Source: Octopus sinensis (Eukaryota). Taken from it: a stretch of 64,000 nucleotides of DNA. Both the position numbers and the translations under genes were made by a program. The stretch is taken from NCBI RefSeq assembly GCF_006345805.1, contig NC_043002.1, forward strand, positions 52,514,001-52,578,000. The letters run 5' to 3'. Numbering within the stretch: the stretch's first letter is position 1; each line of letters begins with the position of its first letter. The notes under the pieces are model-generated. The model was not told where the DNA came from and searched no databases. It was given only the letters and a program-made list of their open reading frames with translations. This document shows positions 1 through 13,315 of the stretch, piece by piece.

Positions 1-164
1 AAATTCTTATTCAGTCATATGCCAATAATAACAGCGGTTCTATTTCAGAATCAGTGAGGTGCTTTTATTGGCAAAATGACCATCTTTTGATATGCCATCT
101 GTTTCAGCAAATCATTTCACATCAGAATTCTTGCAAAACAACTTTTAAACGAAATACAAACACA

Positions 165-202
<38 letters not shown>

Positions 203-321
203 CACAGACACACATGTAATATATTGATACTTACATATATATACGTACATATATATATATATACATATATACATACATGTATATGTATATACATACATAT
301 ATATTATATCATATCATATTA

Positions 322-362
<41 letters not shown>

Positions 363-369
363 CTCTCTC

Positions 370-408
<39 letters not shown>

Positions 409-824
409 AACGTGTAAAAGTCATAAAATTACCATAGGCATAGATATAATAGTTACGTTTACGATATCTAGTTCAGCTGTTATATCAGACTGCATCAAAA
501 CACCATTGCCAGAACATCCAACAATATCACTGCGGGAACATCGCTAACATTGCCATACAAACTCAATACCTCACCACCATGAAACAATTAACATAAATCA
601 TATTCTACACTCTCAAGACTAAGAAAAGAACTAATGTTGTCGAAGATGTTCTTTACCAAGAAATAAAGATGAGTTTGTCACCCTTAGAATTCTTTTGATT
701 AGAAATCGTCTCGGTCAGTGTTGGCTTCGACTAAATAACAAAGAGAGTAACAGCAACAACAATTAACAATACTCATCATGATTCTGGTAGAACCCTATTG
801 AAGAGGCGCCCGAAGATTCTACCT

Positions 825-900
825 CGCGGGAATAATGATTGGCAAAAGGAATAATGATCGCAGGAATAATGATCAACGCAGGAATAATGCTCGGCGAAAA
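825..900. repeat. Four short GGAATAATG repeats, possibly one arm of a MULE-like TIR
   Basis: GGAATAATG occurs 4 times within ~65 bp; no partner arm found. Confidence 0.3.
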
Positions 901-1260
901 CGGTTGGTTGGCTATTCCTCACGATCACGATCAAAACCTGGACGAGCATCACCACAAACACCATCAACTTCAACTTTAAGAACATTCAACTTTCTACAAC
1001 CAGCACTATCAAACATCAGATATATCAATAAGGACTCTTCCACGTGGTTCCTTGACATACTAGAAAAATAGCAGTTAAATTTTCTCAAATCAGATCTACA
1101 GTTTCCTTGGAATATCTTTGATCATAGGTTAGCTCAAAATAGTGTGGAACTATGGTTAAATACAACAATAGCAGCAGCAGCATCCAATACATTCTTCGAC
1201 TACAACAGCCACCACTATCAAGACTACCATGTTAAAAACACAAACCTACTACAATTGAGG

Positions 1261-1431
1261 TAGCACGCCGGTTAAAATGCTTAGCGGCATTTCGTTCGTT
1301 TTTATCTTCTGAGTTCAGATTTCGCCCAGATCGATTTTGCCTTTCATCCTTCGATGAAATAAATACCAGTTGGTTGTAATCAATTTACCTGTTCCCCCGA
1401 AATTTCTGTCCTTGTGCCAAAATTTGAAACC
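1261..1431 (+). mobile_element. SINE family 1 copy (decayed)
   Basis: tagcacgccgg..aaatgcttagcggcatttcg..tctgagttcag..gcctttcatcc..ttgtgccaaaatttgaaacc, the same motif series as many other copies in the window. Confidence 0.75.
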
Positions 1432-1751
1432 AATATCACCTTTATCACTGTTGAATTTAACAGTAACTCCACCATCATCAAACGTTTCACTTTTATTAAC
1501 ATTAACACTGTAGCACTAATACAACTGCTACTCGCACCACCGCCGACGCCACTATCTGAATCATCACTTTTACCGTCACGAGGGCGATGCAAACGACGAA
1601 AGCGACAAAGGGGACGAAAGTGACGATGGTCATGAAAGCGATGAAGGTGAAGATGGCAACCACCAGGAACACCACAACTACTTGTAACTTGTAACTAAAA
1701 CTGTAGCTACTCTATAACCACTGCTGATAACCGAGTCAATATTAATATCTA

Positions 1752-1969
1752 TTTCAAATTTTGGCACAAGGCCAGCAATTTCGGGGAGGGGATAAGTCGA
1801 TTATATTGATCTCAGTACTCAAATTGTACTTATTTTATCGACCCCGAAAAGTTGAGAGGTAAAGTCAACCTCGGCACAATTTGAACTCAGAACGTAAAGG
1901 CGGGACGGACGAAATGCTGCTAAGCATTTTGGCTGGCGTACTAACGATTCTGCCAGCTCTCCGCCTTTA
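1752..1969 (-). mobile_element. SINE family 1 copy
   Basis: Reverse complement of the family 1 motif series (ttggcacaaggccagc..atcgaccccgaaa..gaactcagaacgt..ctgccagctc). Confidence 0.8.
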
Positions 1970-2413
1970 AGTACCCGTTAATATCACAACCAGAAATACT
2001 TCTAACTCTACCATCACCTTTACTATGACTACCACCCACACTAACATCGACACCTAAACACCACCTGAAATACCCCCAAACGCACAACACAACCAAAACC
2101 ACAGGAAAACAATCACCACTTTCATCACTGATAAACTACGATAACGATGACATTCTCAGTTCCACCACTACTGTAACCTTCACCAGTAGCACCACAACTT
2201 CCACCTACACCACCACCACCAACACCACCAACATACCTGCAACCAAACACCATCATCACCATTACCGTCGTAACATCATCACCATCATGACCACAGCGAC
2301 TATCGACTTCACTATCACAATCACCACCATTAGCGCTATCACTATCTCCCACACAATTTACCACGAAAAACCACTACCATCACCACAACCACTACAAGAG
2401 CCAATCACACTAA

Positions 2414-2515
<102 letters not shown>

Positions 2516-3405
2516 TAACGGAATTACCATCACCACAGTCGCAGCTACAACTACAAACTTAGCCACCGTTGAAAACGTAACCCATCAATCAACCGACCAA
2601 CCAACCAACCAGCTGACCGACCAACTAACCAGTCAACCGACCGACCACCCAACCAACCATCCTCCTCAATCACGGCTATTAAATGCACAACCATCGTAAC
2701 CAAACCACCTCGACCACAACCGACCACATCCAGTTACGATCAGTATCGTTCAAACCCGAATATAGACATAGACATGGAAAGATATGGCCGACTCAAGAAA
2801 TGGATTGATAGCATAACAAACATCGATTGCAAGCAAATACCTATAATTATCGAACTTACTGTGCTAACTCGTACAAATGATAGAAACAAAATGTACATCG
2901 TTATCTTCTACATTAAGCTGTTACTGTTGTTCTTGCTGTTGGTTTTTGTTGTTTGCTGCAATTGTATTGTTTGTTGGTGTATTTCGCTCAATATAGTGAA
3001 TCAAGAGACAAAAGGCATTGGGGAAAATTATAGGGGAATTCAACAGAAATACAGAACAATAAATATGCCAGTCAGTTTATGCCAGTGTTTCCAATGCTTC
3101 GAAGCAAATCATTCAGTTTATATCAGCGTATATATCAGTCTATGTTAGATAAAAGCAAAAATAAACACACACACACTGACAAACGCACACTCACTCTTTC
3201 TCTCTCTCTCTCTCACATACACACACACGCACATATACACACGTACATGCGCACACGCATATGCACAGAAAGGTAGACAAACTCGTAAGCACGTAGAGCT
3301 ATTTACGTGGAAAACAGAACATCAATATGTATTGAATTATGCAGAAAAAAAAAACATGGATAAAAACGTGTGTATGCAAGGGAATATATGCGTGTGTGTG
3401 TATTC

Positions 3406-3497
<92 letters not shown>

Positions 3498-3524
3498 GTC
3501 TCTGTCTGTCTGTCTATCTATCTA

Positions 3525-3567
<43 letters not shown>

Positions 3568-3620
3568 GTCTGTCTGTCTGTCTGTCTATCTGCCTGCCTA
3601 TCTCTGTCTCTCTGTCTGTC
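3406..3620. repeat. (TATC)n/(TA)n/(TGTC)n microsatellite block, representative of dozens in the window
   Basis: Read directly from the sequence. Confidence 0.95.
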
Positions 3621-4699
3621 TGTCTGTCGCTCTCTCCCTCTCTGCCTGTCTCTCTTGTCCCCTCTTTCTATTTATTTGTCTGTCTGTCTGTCTCTGTCTC
3701 TTTGTCTCTCTGTCTGTTTATCTATCTCTCACTCGCTCCCCCTCTCTCACTTGTCCCCACCATTTATCTGTCGGCAGACAGATAATTTAGATAGAAGGTA
3801 CAACAATGGCTATCCTTAGTTATAGAACAAAGTGTCTGCAATCAAAAACCAAAAAAAAAAGGAACCCTACCCAGCCCTAGTTTGAGGAATGAAACTGAAA
3901 GATGTTCTCTGGTGAAAGGATAGTGTGATTGCTAGCACGTATGTTAATGAGTAAAGGTGACTGTAAGCCCTGTTAGTGGCAAGAATGTGAAGCAGAGAAA
4001 AGGGTAGAAACAATTACGTTATCAAATAGTTTGCCAAGAGTGACCGTGTTCTAAGCACCAAACTTCATGAAGATTCTGAAAGGTCAGTGGCGAAGTAGCG
4101 AAATATAAGATTAAAAATTAATAAGTAAATTATTACAGCTAAGGGAAATAAATAACATCCCGTTTCCCTACAACCAATCTCATGCTTGAAGATACATAGA
4201 AATACTGGGTGTATAACAACATCCATTTGGACACGTCAGTAGCTACAACCATATAGAGCATGCAAATATACACACATTCATATATACACGTACAGAAATG
4301 TGAATGAATGTGAGTAAATTTATATTTTACTTACATTTTCATATACACCCCTCTCTCTCTTTCTCTCTCTATATATATACATATACATATGTATACATAT
4401 ATACATGTATATGTATACACATATACATATATGTATATACATATGTATATATGTATATATATATATACATATGTATATACATATATATATATATATATAT
4501 AATATATATATTATATATATATATACATATATATACATATACACATATATCATAAACATAGCACAAAGAGAGACATATACATTCATATGTGGACATTCAT
4601 CACAATCACATACCACACAAACATCATACACGCACCACACATACACTCACACACACTACATACACCTAGATATTTATAGAGATACCGCAAGCTGAGGTC

Positions 4700-4895
4700 T
4701 GGCAAAGAAAGCATCCCCACTGCTCGCTATGCATGCGTTTTAACACAGCCCTAGAAACACACTTAAAAACTCAATACCGCTACACTTGGGAAGATCTTGC
4801 ATCAGACAGGGTGCTATGGGGGGATCTAATCGTTACAAGTGTTAAAGAATTGAATTCGAGAACAACAGGTTTGCATACGCTGGTAAATATGTAGA
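4700..4895 (+). mobile_element. RTE-clade LINE 3' remnant
   Basis: Frame from 4778 reads RYTWEDLASDRVLWGDLIVTSVKE, matching the RTE C-terminal WE.LA.DR..WR motif. Confidence 0.55.
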
Positions 4896-5028
4896 AGACT
4901 TACTCACAAACGTAGTCAAACGTAGTCACTGAAATACTCAGTATAACAATTTATTATTCAGCATTATCTCTCATGCCCCTTGAGTAACAAAGTGAGTAGG
5001 TGAGCCAGTAAACTCCGTCGGTATTACA

Positions 5029-6299
5029 CAGGGTGGGACAGGGAGAACGGGCGTTTTTGAAATGGTTATTACTAAGCCCCAAGGGGAAGGACATATGTGC
5101 GACTGGCTATTACTAAGCCTCAGGGGAAGGGACATATTTTGCCTACAACAGTTACTTGAAGAATAACGAGTCTGTCGCAGCAGTTCAGCATGAGTTTTGG
5201 CGCCACTTTAACATTCACCGGAATCAAGCTGTTCCCAACCGTAGCACAATCTTACGTTGGGTGAATGCACTTCGTACAAGAGATACACTAATGAATAGGA
5301 GACTGGTAGGGTTGCCACGAACGGTACGGACCCCGGAAACTGTGGAACCCGTCAGACAAGCTTTGATACGGAGTCCGAATCGCTTAGCTCAGAGATATTC
5401 CACTGAACTTGGCATCGGTAATCGCTCGGTAAGGCGTATTTTGCATGACAAACTGCATTTCCACTGGTACAAATAGGGCGAAAGTCGAAACCATAGAACT
5501 ATGCACAGCAGCTTAACTTAGCACATCAAATGGAAACAATTTTTTAAGGCAAATGACAGCCTCATTTTGTTAATGAGTGATGAAGCCCATTGCATCTCAA
5601 TGGCATGGTAAAACAGCAGAACTGTCGTTATCGGGCTCTTGAAATTCAGAGAGAACTGCATGAAAGACCACTGCACAGCACAAAAGTGACAGTCTGCTGT
5701 GCTGTTGGAAAAGCTGCCGTCATTGGTCCTTACTTTTTTGAAGAAAATGATGGAAATGCTGTCACTGTGAACTCCCAGCGTTACATCGAGATGATAAAAA
5801 ACTTCTTTGTGCCTGAAGTACGACAAAAACGTATGCCTATTCGACGTGTGTGGTTTCAGCAGGATGGGACGACGGCCCACACAGACAGAGAACTAATGGA
5901 CGTTCTTTGTCCTCTCTTGTGGCGTTCGCCTCATTTCCAGGTTTGCTGACATTCCTTGGACCCCTCGGTACCCTGATTTGTCCATGTATGATTGTTTCTT
6001 GTGGGGAAACCTCAAGCACGTGTATATGAGCATAATTCTCGTACATTGGATAATTTGAAGGAAGCTATTCGCATGGAAGTCGCTCAAATCGACGGAGCAA
6101 TGCTGGAGAGAGTGGAGGCCAGCTTCCAAGAAATACATCAATGAAAATGGACACCACATGATGAATGTTGTTTTTCACACATGATTTTGATAAATGCTAA
6201 TTCAATACAAACACATTGATGTTAATAAAATTTGTTTGCAGCTAAAATTAATAATTTTGTGGATTTTTCAAAAGCATCCGTTCTCTCTGATCCACCCTG
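5029..6299 (+). mobile_element. Tc1/mariner DD41D (rosa/Visitor-type) transposon, decayed
   Basis: Imperfect ~35-bp TIRs CAGGGTGG..GAGAACGG..TTTTGAAA at 5029-5063 and 6265-6299; TA after the right TIR, CA before the left; internal transposase remnant. Confidence 0.9.
5140..6184 (+). pseudogene. DD41D transposase pseudogene
   Basis: HTH region (KNNESVAAVQHEF..RTVRTPETV..RSVRRILHDKLHFH), then LMSDEAH, KVTVCCAVG..IGPYFFE, WFQQDG and WTPRYPDLSMYDCFLWG. Spacing from 2nd to 3rd D is 41 after correcting one 1-nt insertion; stops and frameshifts present. Confidence 0.88.
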
Positions 6300-6892
6300 T
6301 ATATCGAACAAGACAGCCAGGCTTCTGCTAGAAAAGTTACTTGTAATCAATGTAGATTAAGTCATTTGAAGGCCATATGAGAGGTCATTAGCAATGAGGG
6401 AACCAAACACAATGTGTTTCTAGGAATGATATGAGTTTAAGAGGTAGTATAACTCGGTCAAGAGTTGATTTCCACTACATTTTGAGTAAGTTTTGAATGC
6501 AAATTGAATGTCGTCTTATTACCTGGATTACTATCAACAGATTTCTCGTTCTTTCCTGGGGTGATATCAGTTCTTATTAGATTACCATAATCCTTCATGT
6601 CACTTGTGTCTTCTTGATATGCACACTAATGTACACATGAGCATTTAAAAATCTACATTCAAACAAGGGCAACCAAATTCTCCAACAGATCACGTTCTTC
6701 TATATAAAGACGCCTATGGAAGGTTAGGTAGGCGCTGATGGAATCATAGAGGCACAACCATGACATACAGTATGCCATGAGCATTTCATAGTTGGCAAAA
6801 TCATTTTTCACCAATATTAAAAAGCTAATTTCTTCCAGAGAGAGAGAGGGAGAAAGAGAATTGGGAAATTGAGACAAGAATCGAGTGTAGTG

Positions 6893-6950
<58 letters not shown>

Positions 6951-7005
6951 ATTGGTGAATTGAAGAAATGGAGCTGAACGCAGATTGAACAGAAATCGTT
7001 TTTTT

Positions 7006-7093
7006 TATTCATCTACACGTGTTTCGAAAGGCACAAATTACCAAAATCCGATTGAATAATGGGACCATATTGTTCTTTCTCTTCAGGAAGAAA
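7006..7093 (-). ncRNA. Mirror copy of the family A hammerhead
   Basis: Reverse complement reads CTGAAGA GAAAG..CCTTTC GAAAC ACGT GTA; the 3' strand of stem I is slightly altered. Confidence 0.6.
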
Positions 7094-7180
7094 AAAGGAA
7101 ATCTGTTGGAAAAACAAAACAGAACAGGCGGAGCAAAAAAACAAATCGAACTGTTTTTGTTTTCCAACGGATTTCCTTTT

Positions 7181-7269
7181 TTTCTTCCTGAAGAGAAAGA
7201 CACAATATGGTCCCATTATTCAATCGGATTTTGGTAATTTGTGCCTTTCGAAACACGTGTAGAATGAAA
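7181..7269 (+). ncRNA. Type I hammerhead ribozyme with extended stem II (family A)
   Basis: tttcttc-CTGAAGA-GAAAG..CTTTC-GAAAC-ACGT-GTA-gaatgaaa; G10.1-C11.1 pair, palindromic ACACGTGT stem III, predicted cleavage after 7261. Confidence 0.72.
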
Positions 7270-7481
7270 TAAAACGATTTCTGTTCAATCTGCGTCAGCT
7301 CCATTTCTTCAATTCACCAATAATGTTTTAATTTCAATTATCGCACCAACGCACGGTTGCAACGCCAGATGGTTGTACCTCCAACCGTGCTGTATACTGC
7401 TGTGATTTTTGCTACTAAGGTATCGGTTAAACTTTTGATTATCTACTACAGATTATTCATCTCTCTATTTCACATAATATA

Positions 7482-7522
<41 letters not shown>

Positions 7523-7525
<3 letters not shown>

Positions 7526-7734
7526 CCACTGTCCGAAGTCAGGAAGCCATGATAGATCGTTAGCTCCTGCACGCATTTTTTTTCTCTCCTTGTTTTTTTC
7601 TGTGTATCTTTCTGTCGAAGAGCGTAGGCTCGAAACGTAAAAGACTTTTTCTATTCCTGTGCGCTATACTAATACTTTGGTTGTTTGTACTCCACCTGCC
7701 TTCGTCTTTTGTTTATTTTCGTAAACTTTCCCTT

Positions 7735-7735
<1 letters not shown>
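7523..7735 (+). mobile_element. Penelope-like terminal fragment B in (TA)n with a hammerhead-like motif
   Basis: tcttt-CTGTCGA-a-GAGC gtag GCTC-GAAAC-GTA-aaaga; non-canonical core; TA repeats on both sides. Confidence 0.45.
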
Positions 7736-7792
<57 letters not shown>

Positions 7793-8557
7793 TATATACA
7801 TATACATATATATGACCCCCTGAATGATCAAATGCAATGTTGAGCTCTGATGGGATTTGTTCTAAGCATCCTGACAAATTCTCTACCTGGAGAAAACTCA
7901 CTGGACGAATGACAAATATTCATATACAAACGGAAGGGTTGCATAGGCGGAAGTGTCATTTATTGTAGGATTAGTTCAGGAATTAACTGCGCCTATTTTT
8001 TAACAACAACATCAGTAACAGCAGCAGCAGCAGCAACAATTACTGCAACAACAACAATGACATCAACAATAACAACAATAACACATGGGAGTTACCGTCG
8101 GCGCCACAAATGTCACACACGATTGTAATTATTTATGATTCCCGAGCGCAACTTTCCTAATGCAAGTTATTGAATAAATAATATATCTATACATATGAGT
8201 ATAGTATTTCAGTTATGTAAATCAAGAATAATTTTTCGCTAGTATGTTACATTAAGAGCGAAGAATATGTACGTACACACAGACACATGCAAACACACAC
8301 ACACGCACAAACGTACGCACGCACGCACTCACCTATACTCACATACGTGCACTCAAACAAGAACACACAAATTAATAGCAAAAGAGTAGGCGCTACAATA
8401 ACACTGTCATATACTATCATTAATTCCTATTTGTTTTCGTGCTTTTTCAATTTCGGTCTAATCAACCTAAACTTTCTCTACATAAGTCCATAAAATTACG
8501 AAAAGAAATGTTTGTTAGCAGTAAGAATATATAGCTGGTGATATCAAAATGTTGCAC

Positions 8558-8720
8558 ACCACATTTGAACTAGCAATGCCAGAGCTTGACTACGCCGTAT
8601 GACGGAGCATCGTCACCTTAAACTTCTTTCATCTCTTCAGAAGTCTCCTTAGGTGTACGACTTTTCAAGTATAAGAACCTCATCATTGATTTGCATTTGA
8701 CTGCCTCTATTATAACACCT
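8558..8720 (-). pseudogene. Mariner transposase N-terminal (HTH) fragment
   Basis: Minus strand reads FLYLKSRTPKETSEEMKEV*GDDAPSYGVVKLWHC*FKCG. Confidence 0.75.
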
Positions 8721-9515
8721 CAGTCCACTTCAGCCGTCGCCGCAAAAGACAAATACTAGTGGAAAGCTGCAATTTACAATGTGCATTTAGAGACATGTAT
8801 GATTATACTTGTTCAGCTTCCGTTTCCTGCGTTAACCGGAAGTGCTTAATGAACAACCCACCACGCGTGTACGCGTATGTGTACACACACACACACACAC
8901 GCATGCACACACACACACACACACACAACACACACACACACACACAATAGTTCTTCAATAAACATATATCGTATTTCAGTGCAATGCTTCTTTTAGCAGA
9001 AACAGTTGTAAGCTAATGACAGTGATTACGTAACACCTACTCGTTTGTCATTCATTAGTTGATATTATAGTTCTGCATTCACCAGACTGCTTGCTCTAAA
9101 GTAAGGGTATATTACTTTCTAACAACCGGTTATTAGTTTCGCCACGCCTATCGAATCTTCAGGAAGAGATTCAGTTTAAAATACACCTACCTACCTATCT
9201 ACCTACCTACCTACCTACCTACCTACCTACCTACATACCTACCTACCTACCTACCAACCTACCTACCTACCTACCTACATACATACATACATACATAGGC
9301 ATACACACCACACACACACACACACACACACGCAAGTATATATACACACACACACACACACGCACGCTTATCTTTTATGTGAAGAAACTTTTGTTTTGTA
9401 TTTGGAAGCGTCGAATTATATTATAGAGACAATAAAATAGTATTTTGAACGAAGTGTAACCATGTCTGATGGCAACTGTTTCTGTCTTATAAGGGTGAAA
9501 TACTCAATCTTCCCT

Positions 9516-9615
9516 NNNNNNNNNNNNNNNNNNNNNNNNNNNNNNNNNNNNNNNNNNNNNNNNNNNNNNNNNNNNNNNNNNNNNNNNNNNNNNNNNNNNN
9601 NNNNNNNNNNNNNNN
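9516..9615. other. Assembly gap (100 N)
   Basis: Run of N. Confidence 1.
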
Positions 9616-10501
9616 CCTAAGCATTTCGCCCGGCGTGCTAACGTTTCCGCCAGCACGCCACCTTTCTAGATTCTTATATTATAACAGTAGTCACTGAATA
9701 TATATTTGTGCAAGATTAGTTGAAATTAATGCATGTATAACATTCTTAATCTAATTAAGTTAAATGCTTATGTTATACACAAATGTACAGCACATACACC
9801 CACGCTAGTACACTCACACATACACATACATGCGCACGCACATACAAACGCCCACACGTACATATATATTTTCGCCCATATATTTTAACTATGGTAATCA
9901 CATATATGATTATTCATGAGAATATATAATCATGCATAATTATGCATTATTATGCATATATCTAATGCATGCCAATATAAATATATGTGTGCATGTGTAT
10001 GTTTGTATGTATGTATTCATACACATACGCACACACATATATACACATAATATACTAAATCTATATTTATATATATATATTATATATATATATATATATA
10101 TACCTAATATATATGTTTATATATTATATATATGTAACTAATATTTATATATAGTTATATATATTACGTATGTATAGTTATAAATAGGCATGACATGAAA
10201 ATACATATGGATAAATATTTTGAAAGAAACATACATATGTATTTATTGATCTAAATTGACAATAATCTGCAAATATTCAACATATATGCACGCATAAATA
10301 TATATATATATATTTATATTTATATACATATACATATATATTCCTTCATATATAGCTACATCTGTCCATCTATTCATCATATACAAGCATACATACATAC
10401 ATGCATACATACATACATACATATATACATACATACATACATACATACGTACGTACGTACATACATACATACATACATACATACATACATACATACATAC
10501 A

Positions 10502-10532
<31 letters not shown>

Positions 10533-11148
10533 GTAACCATGCAGAATGATGTTTTTAACACATTTACGTACAAACCGCTCATTACACATGCAAATTCGCC
10601 CGGAACCAAAGTTCTAGATATTTTCAAAAATCAAATTATTGAATATTCAAATTTTTCTTAAAATGAACGTTTTATTTCAGTAAATAATTCAAATTTTTTG
10701 GATAACTGCCACATGTTGTTTAAAATAAAACTTTAAAAAAATCTAAATATAGTATACGTGAGCACTGGCTATGGTAGATGTTTGAAGATTGCTTCTAGAA
10801 AGCAGTACGAAGGCACTTTCAAAATCATATATATCGGTCTCAAGATCCTATTCATGACGTGAACGGTTTACATATATTTGAAATGAAAATCGTTCCGGAT
10901 GCGAATGAAAGGCACCGTTGTAATAAGCTTAGAATTAGACAGTCGCAGCTGGACACCTTTTTTCTGTACGCCTTGAAGAATCAATGCTAATCGATGAGTT
11001 AATATACCAACACCAGCCTAGGACAAATTGATACTGTTACTTCAATGTTGAAATCGGTCAACAACAGCACATATGATCGTTGGTTCGTTGAAATGTTGTT
11101 GTTTCTACTGTTGTTACAACAGCTCACTGAATTGTAAAGCGGCCCTTA

Positions 11149-11348
11149 GGAGAAGGTGCTGAAAAGTTTATGGCGTTAAGAGTATCGCGAAAGGTTAAAT
11201 TCGAGGCCCAACTTTCCTACTTTTACAAGGCTTACCGCTGCAATAAGTATGTAATACTGAGAGCCAAATATATTGAGTAAAATTCTAATTAACTGCTCCT
11301 CCTATATTTTCTTTTACCCAAAGCCAGGAACTTTTCAGCAACCACTCG
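11149..11348. mobile_element. Mariner-derived MITE
   Basis: TA|GGAGAAGGTGCTGAAAAGTTTATGGC ... GCCAGGAACTTTTCAGCAACCACTCG|TA imperfect TIRs; related to 60212-60439. Confidence 0.7.
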
Positions 11349-11382
11349 TATAGACATCATACTAAATTACGAAGGACGTATT

Positions 11383-11463
11383 TCAGACATAGGGTCTCCT
11401 AGCCGCCACCCTCTTCACTCAGGGCAGCACTACCTCCTCCAGGCGCTTGGTGTAAGCCTCCAT
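11383..11463 (-). pseudogene. Tc1/mariner (maT-like) transposase fragment
   Basis: Minus strand reads MEAYTKRLEEVVLP*VKRVAARRPYV*, just upstream of the expected QQD motif. Confidence 0.6.
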
Positions 11464-11643
11464 TTCCAAATTTCTAGCAGATTGAATTGCGTCATGGTGC
11501 TGCTTTTCTCATAGACGATGCCCACCTAACCCAATTATATTATGTAGTCGACAAAATCAAAAACAAACAATGTACATGCGCGAAATTAAAAAATAAATTG
11601 GCGACAATTTACCTGTTGTACTCTGCATATGTATATCTATCTA

Positions 11644-11685
<42 letters not shown>

Positions 11686-11699
11686 TCGTGTGTGTGTGT

Positions 11700-11915
11700 G
11701 TGTGCGTTTGACCTAACTCCGCCATCGCTTGACACCTGATACTAGTGTGTTTCTGTTCCCGTAACTTAGCGTATCGGCAAAATAGACCGATAGAATAAGT
11801 ACTAGGCTTACAAAGAATAAGTCCTGGAGTCGATTTCTTCGACTAAAAACCTCTTTAAGGAGCTGCTTCAGCATGGCTGCAGTCAAAATGACTGAAACAA
11901 GTAAAAGAATAGAAT
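11700..11915 (+). mobile_element. SINE family 2, 3' half
   Basis: ccatcgcttgaca..cgtaacttagcg..aataagtactaggcttacaaagaataagtcctgg..atgactgaaacaagtaaaag. Confidence 0.8.
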
Positions 11916-13141
11916 AGAATATCGTTTACTTTTGCCGAGCTCCTAAATTATAGAAACATATACAATCCAACAGCGGTATTCAAACGATGGGTGGTGCTGC
12001 AACTCGAACACAAACACAAAGGCACATACACGTAGATATATACATACATGTATAGATGCAGCGGATTTCCTCACGGTTTCCGTCGACTAAATTTACTAAT
12101 AAGGTATTGGTCGTCTCAGGATATAGCAGAATGTACTTACCCAAGATGCCGTGCAGTAGGACTGAACCAGAAATCACATAGCTGGAAAGCGAACTTCTAA
12201 ACCACACAACCATACCTGTGTATTTTTAAATTGTTAAAACTGACATACTATAGTTAGACATATACAGTGGGTTTGTGATATGTGTTTGATTAACAGCCTG
12301 TCTTACTTTAAGCAATTATTTGCTTTAGTTTGCAGTGGTAGTTTCCAGAAAAATACATCTTGACAGAGACAAGATCTACTCTCAACTGCAATGTCTATAT
12401 TTTTCAAAAATCGTTCAGTTGGTTAATCATATTCCAGTTATCTATCCCGCTTGTTATTTGTTATTTTAAACACTCCAAGAGGAAGTTATGGTGTATTCAC
12501 TGTATGGATAATGATTCGAAGCCTAACATCACGCTGTATTAAGACTGACACATGTCCGTTGTATTCGTTTGTCGGTTTTGATAGCAAGAAACATTTCTTT
12601 CAGCATCGTTGATACTGTTAAGGAAGTCTTTGTTTACTAATTGCATTAAAACAATAACTCAAAATATTTCAACTCATTATATTACTATATTATACACGTG
12701 AAATACTTATGTCAGTAGTTTTGTTGTTGTTCTCGCTTAACCCCAGTTCTACTCTGATCCAGCACATCCCTGATCATAGACGTTCCAGTCAGCCATATTA
12801 TAACGAAGGCAGTATAAAATATATCTTTTTAAAATTATTTATCTTTTGAGACTAGAATCGCATGATTTGAAAAAGAAATGGTTCTCGCAAGCATTTTGAG
12901 CCGTGATTTGATATCTGTTTGACTTCATGATATACCTAGGGTTAAATAGAATACCTAGTTCAGATGAAGAATAAATTAAAAACTTTACTGGCGCTCTTTG
13001 TTTAGAAAATTCAACAAAAATGTTTTAGGGTTAAAAATCAGAAAACAATATAAATTATTGCTGTTCTTGTTTTATTGATCATACCTATGTATAATAAAAT
13101 TAGAAACGAGGCCGTTTTTCAAGTCTCTCAAATATTGATTC

Positions 13142-13315
13142 CAAATTTTGTCACAGGACCAGCAATTCCGGCTGTGGGGCAAATCGACTACATCGATCCC
13201 AGAAAAGATTAAAGGTAAAGTGCACCTCGTCGGAATTTCATTTCAGAAGGTGAAGACGGGCGAAAGGCCACGAAGCATTTTTCTCGGCGTGCTAACTATT
13301 CTGCCAGCTCTCTAC
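13142..13315 (-). mobile_element. SINE family 1 copy
   Basis: Family 1 motifs in reverse. Confidence 0.7.

Larger units (their letters stand above)
6942..7474. mobile_element. Foldback element A: ~180-bp inverted arms each carrying a type I hammerhead, plus a 3' extension, inserted in (TA)n
   Basis: 6942-7122 is the near-perfect reverse complement of 7151-7330; (TA)n on both flanks. Confidence 0.85.

Noticed and set aside
1-160. Possible exon at the window start
   Set aside because: Short frames with stops and no recognisable peptide.
9516-9615. N run as a biological feature
   Set aside because: Fixed-length scaffold gap; adjacency across it is not guaranteed.
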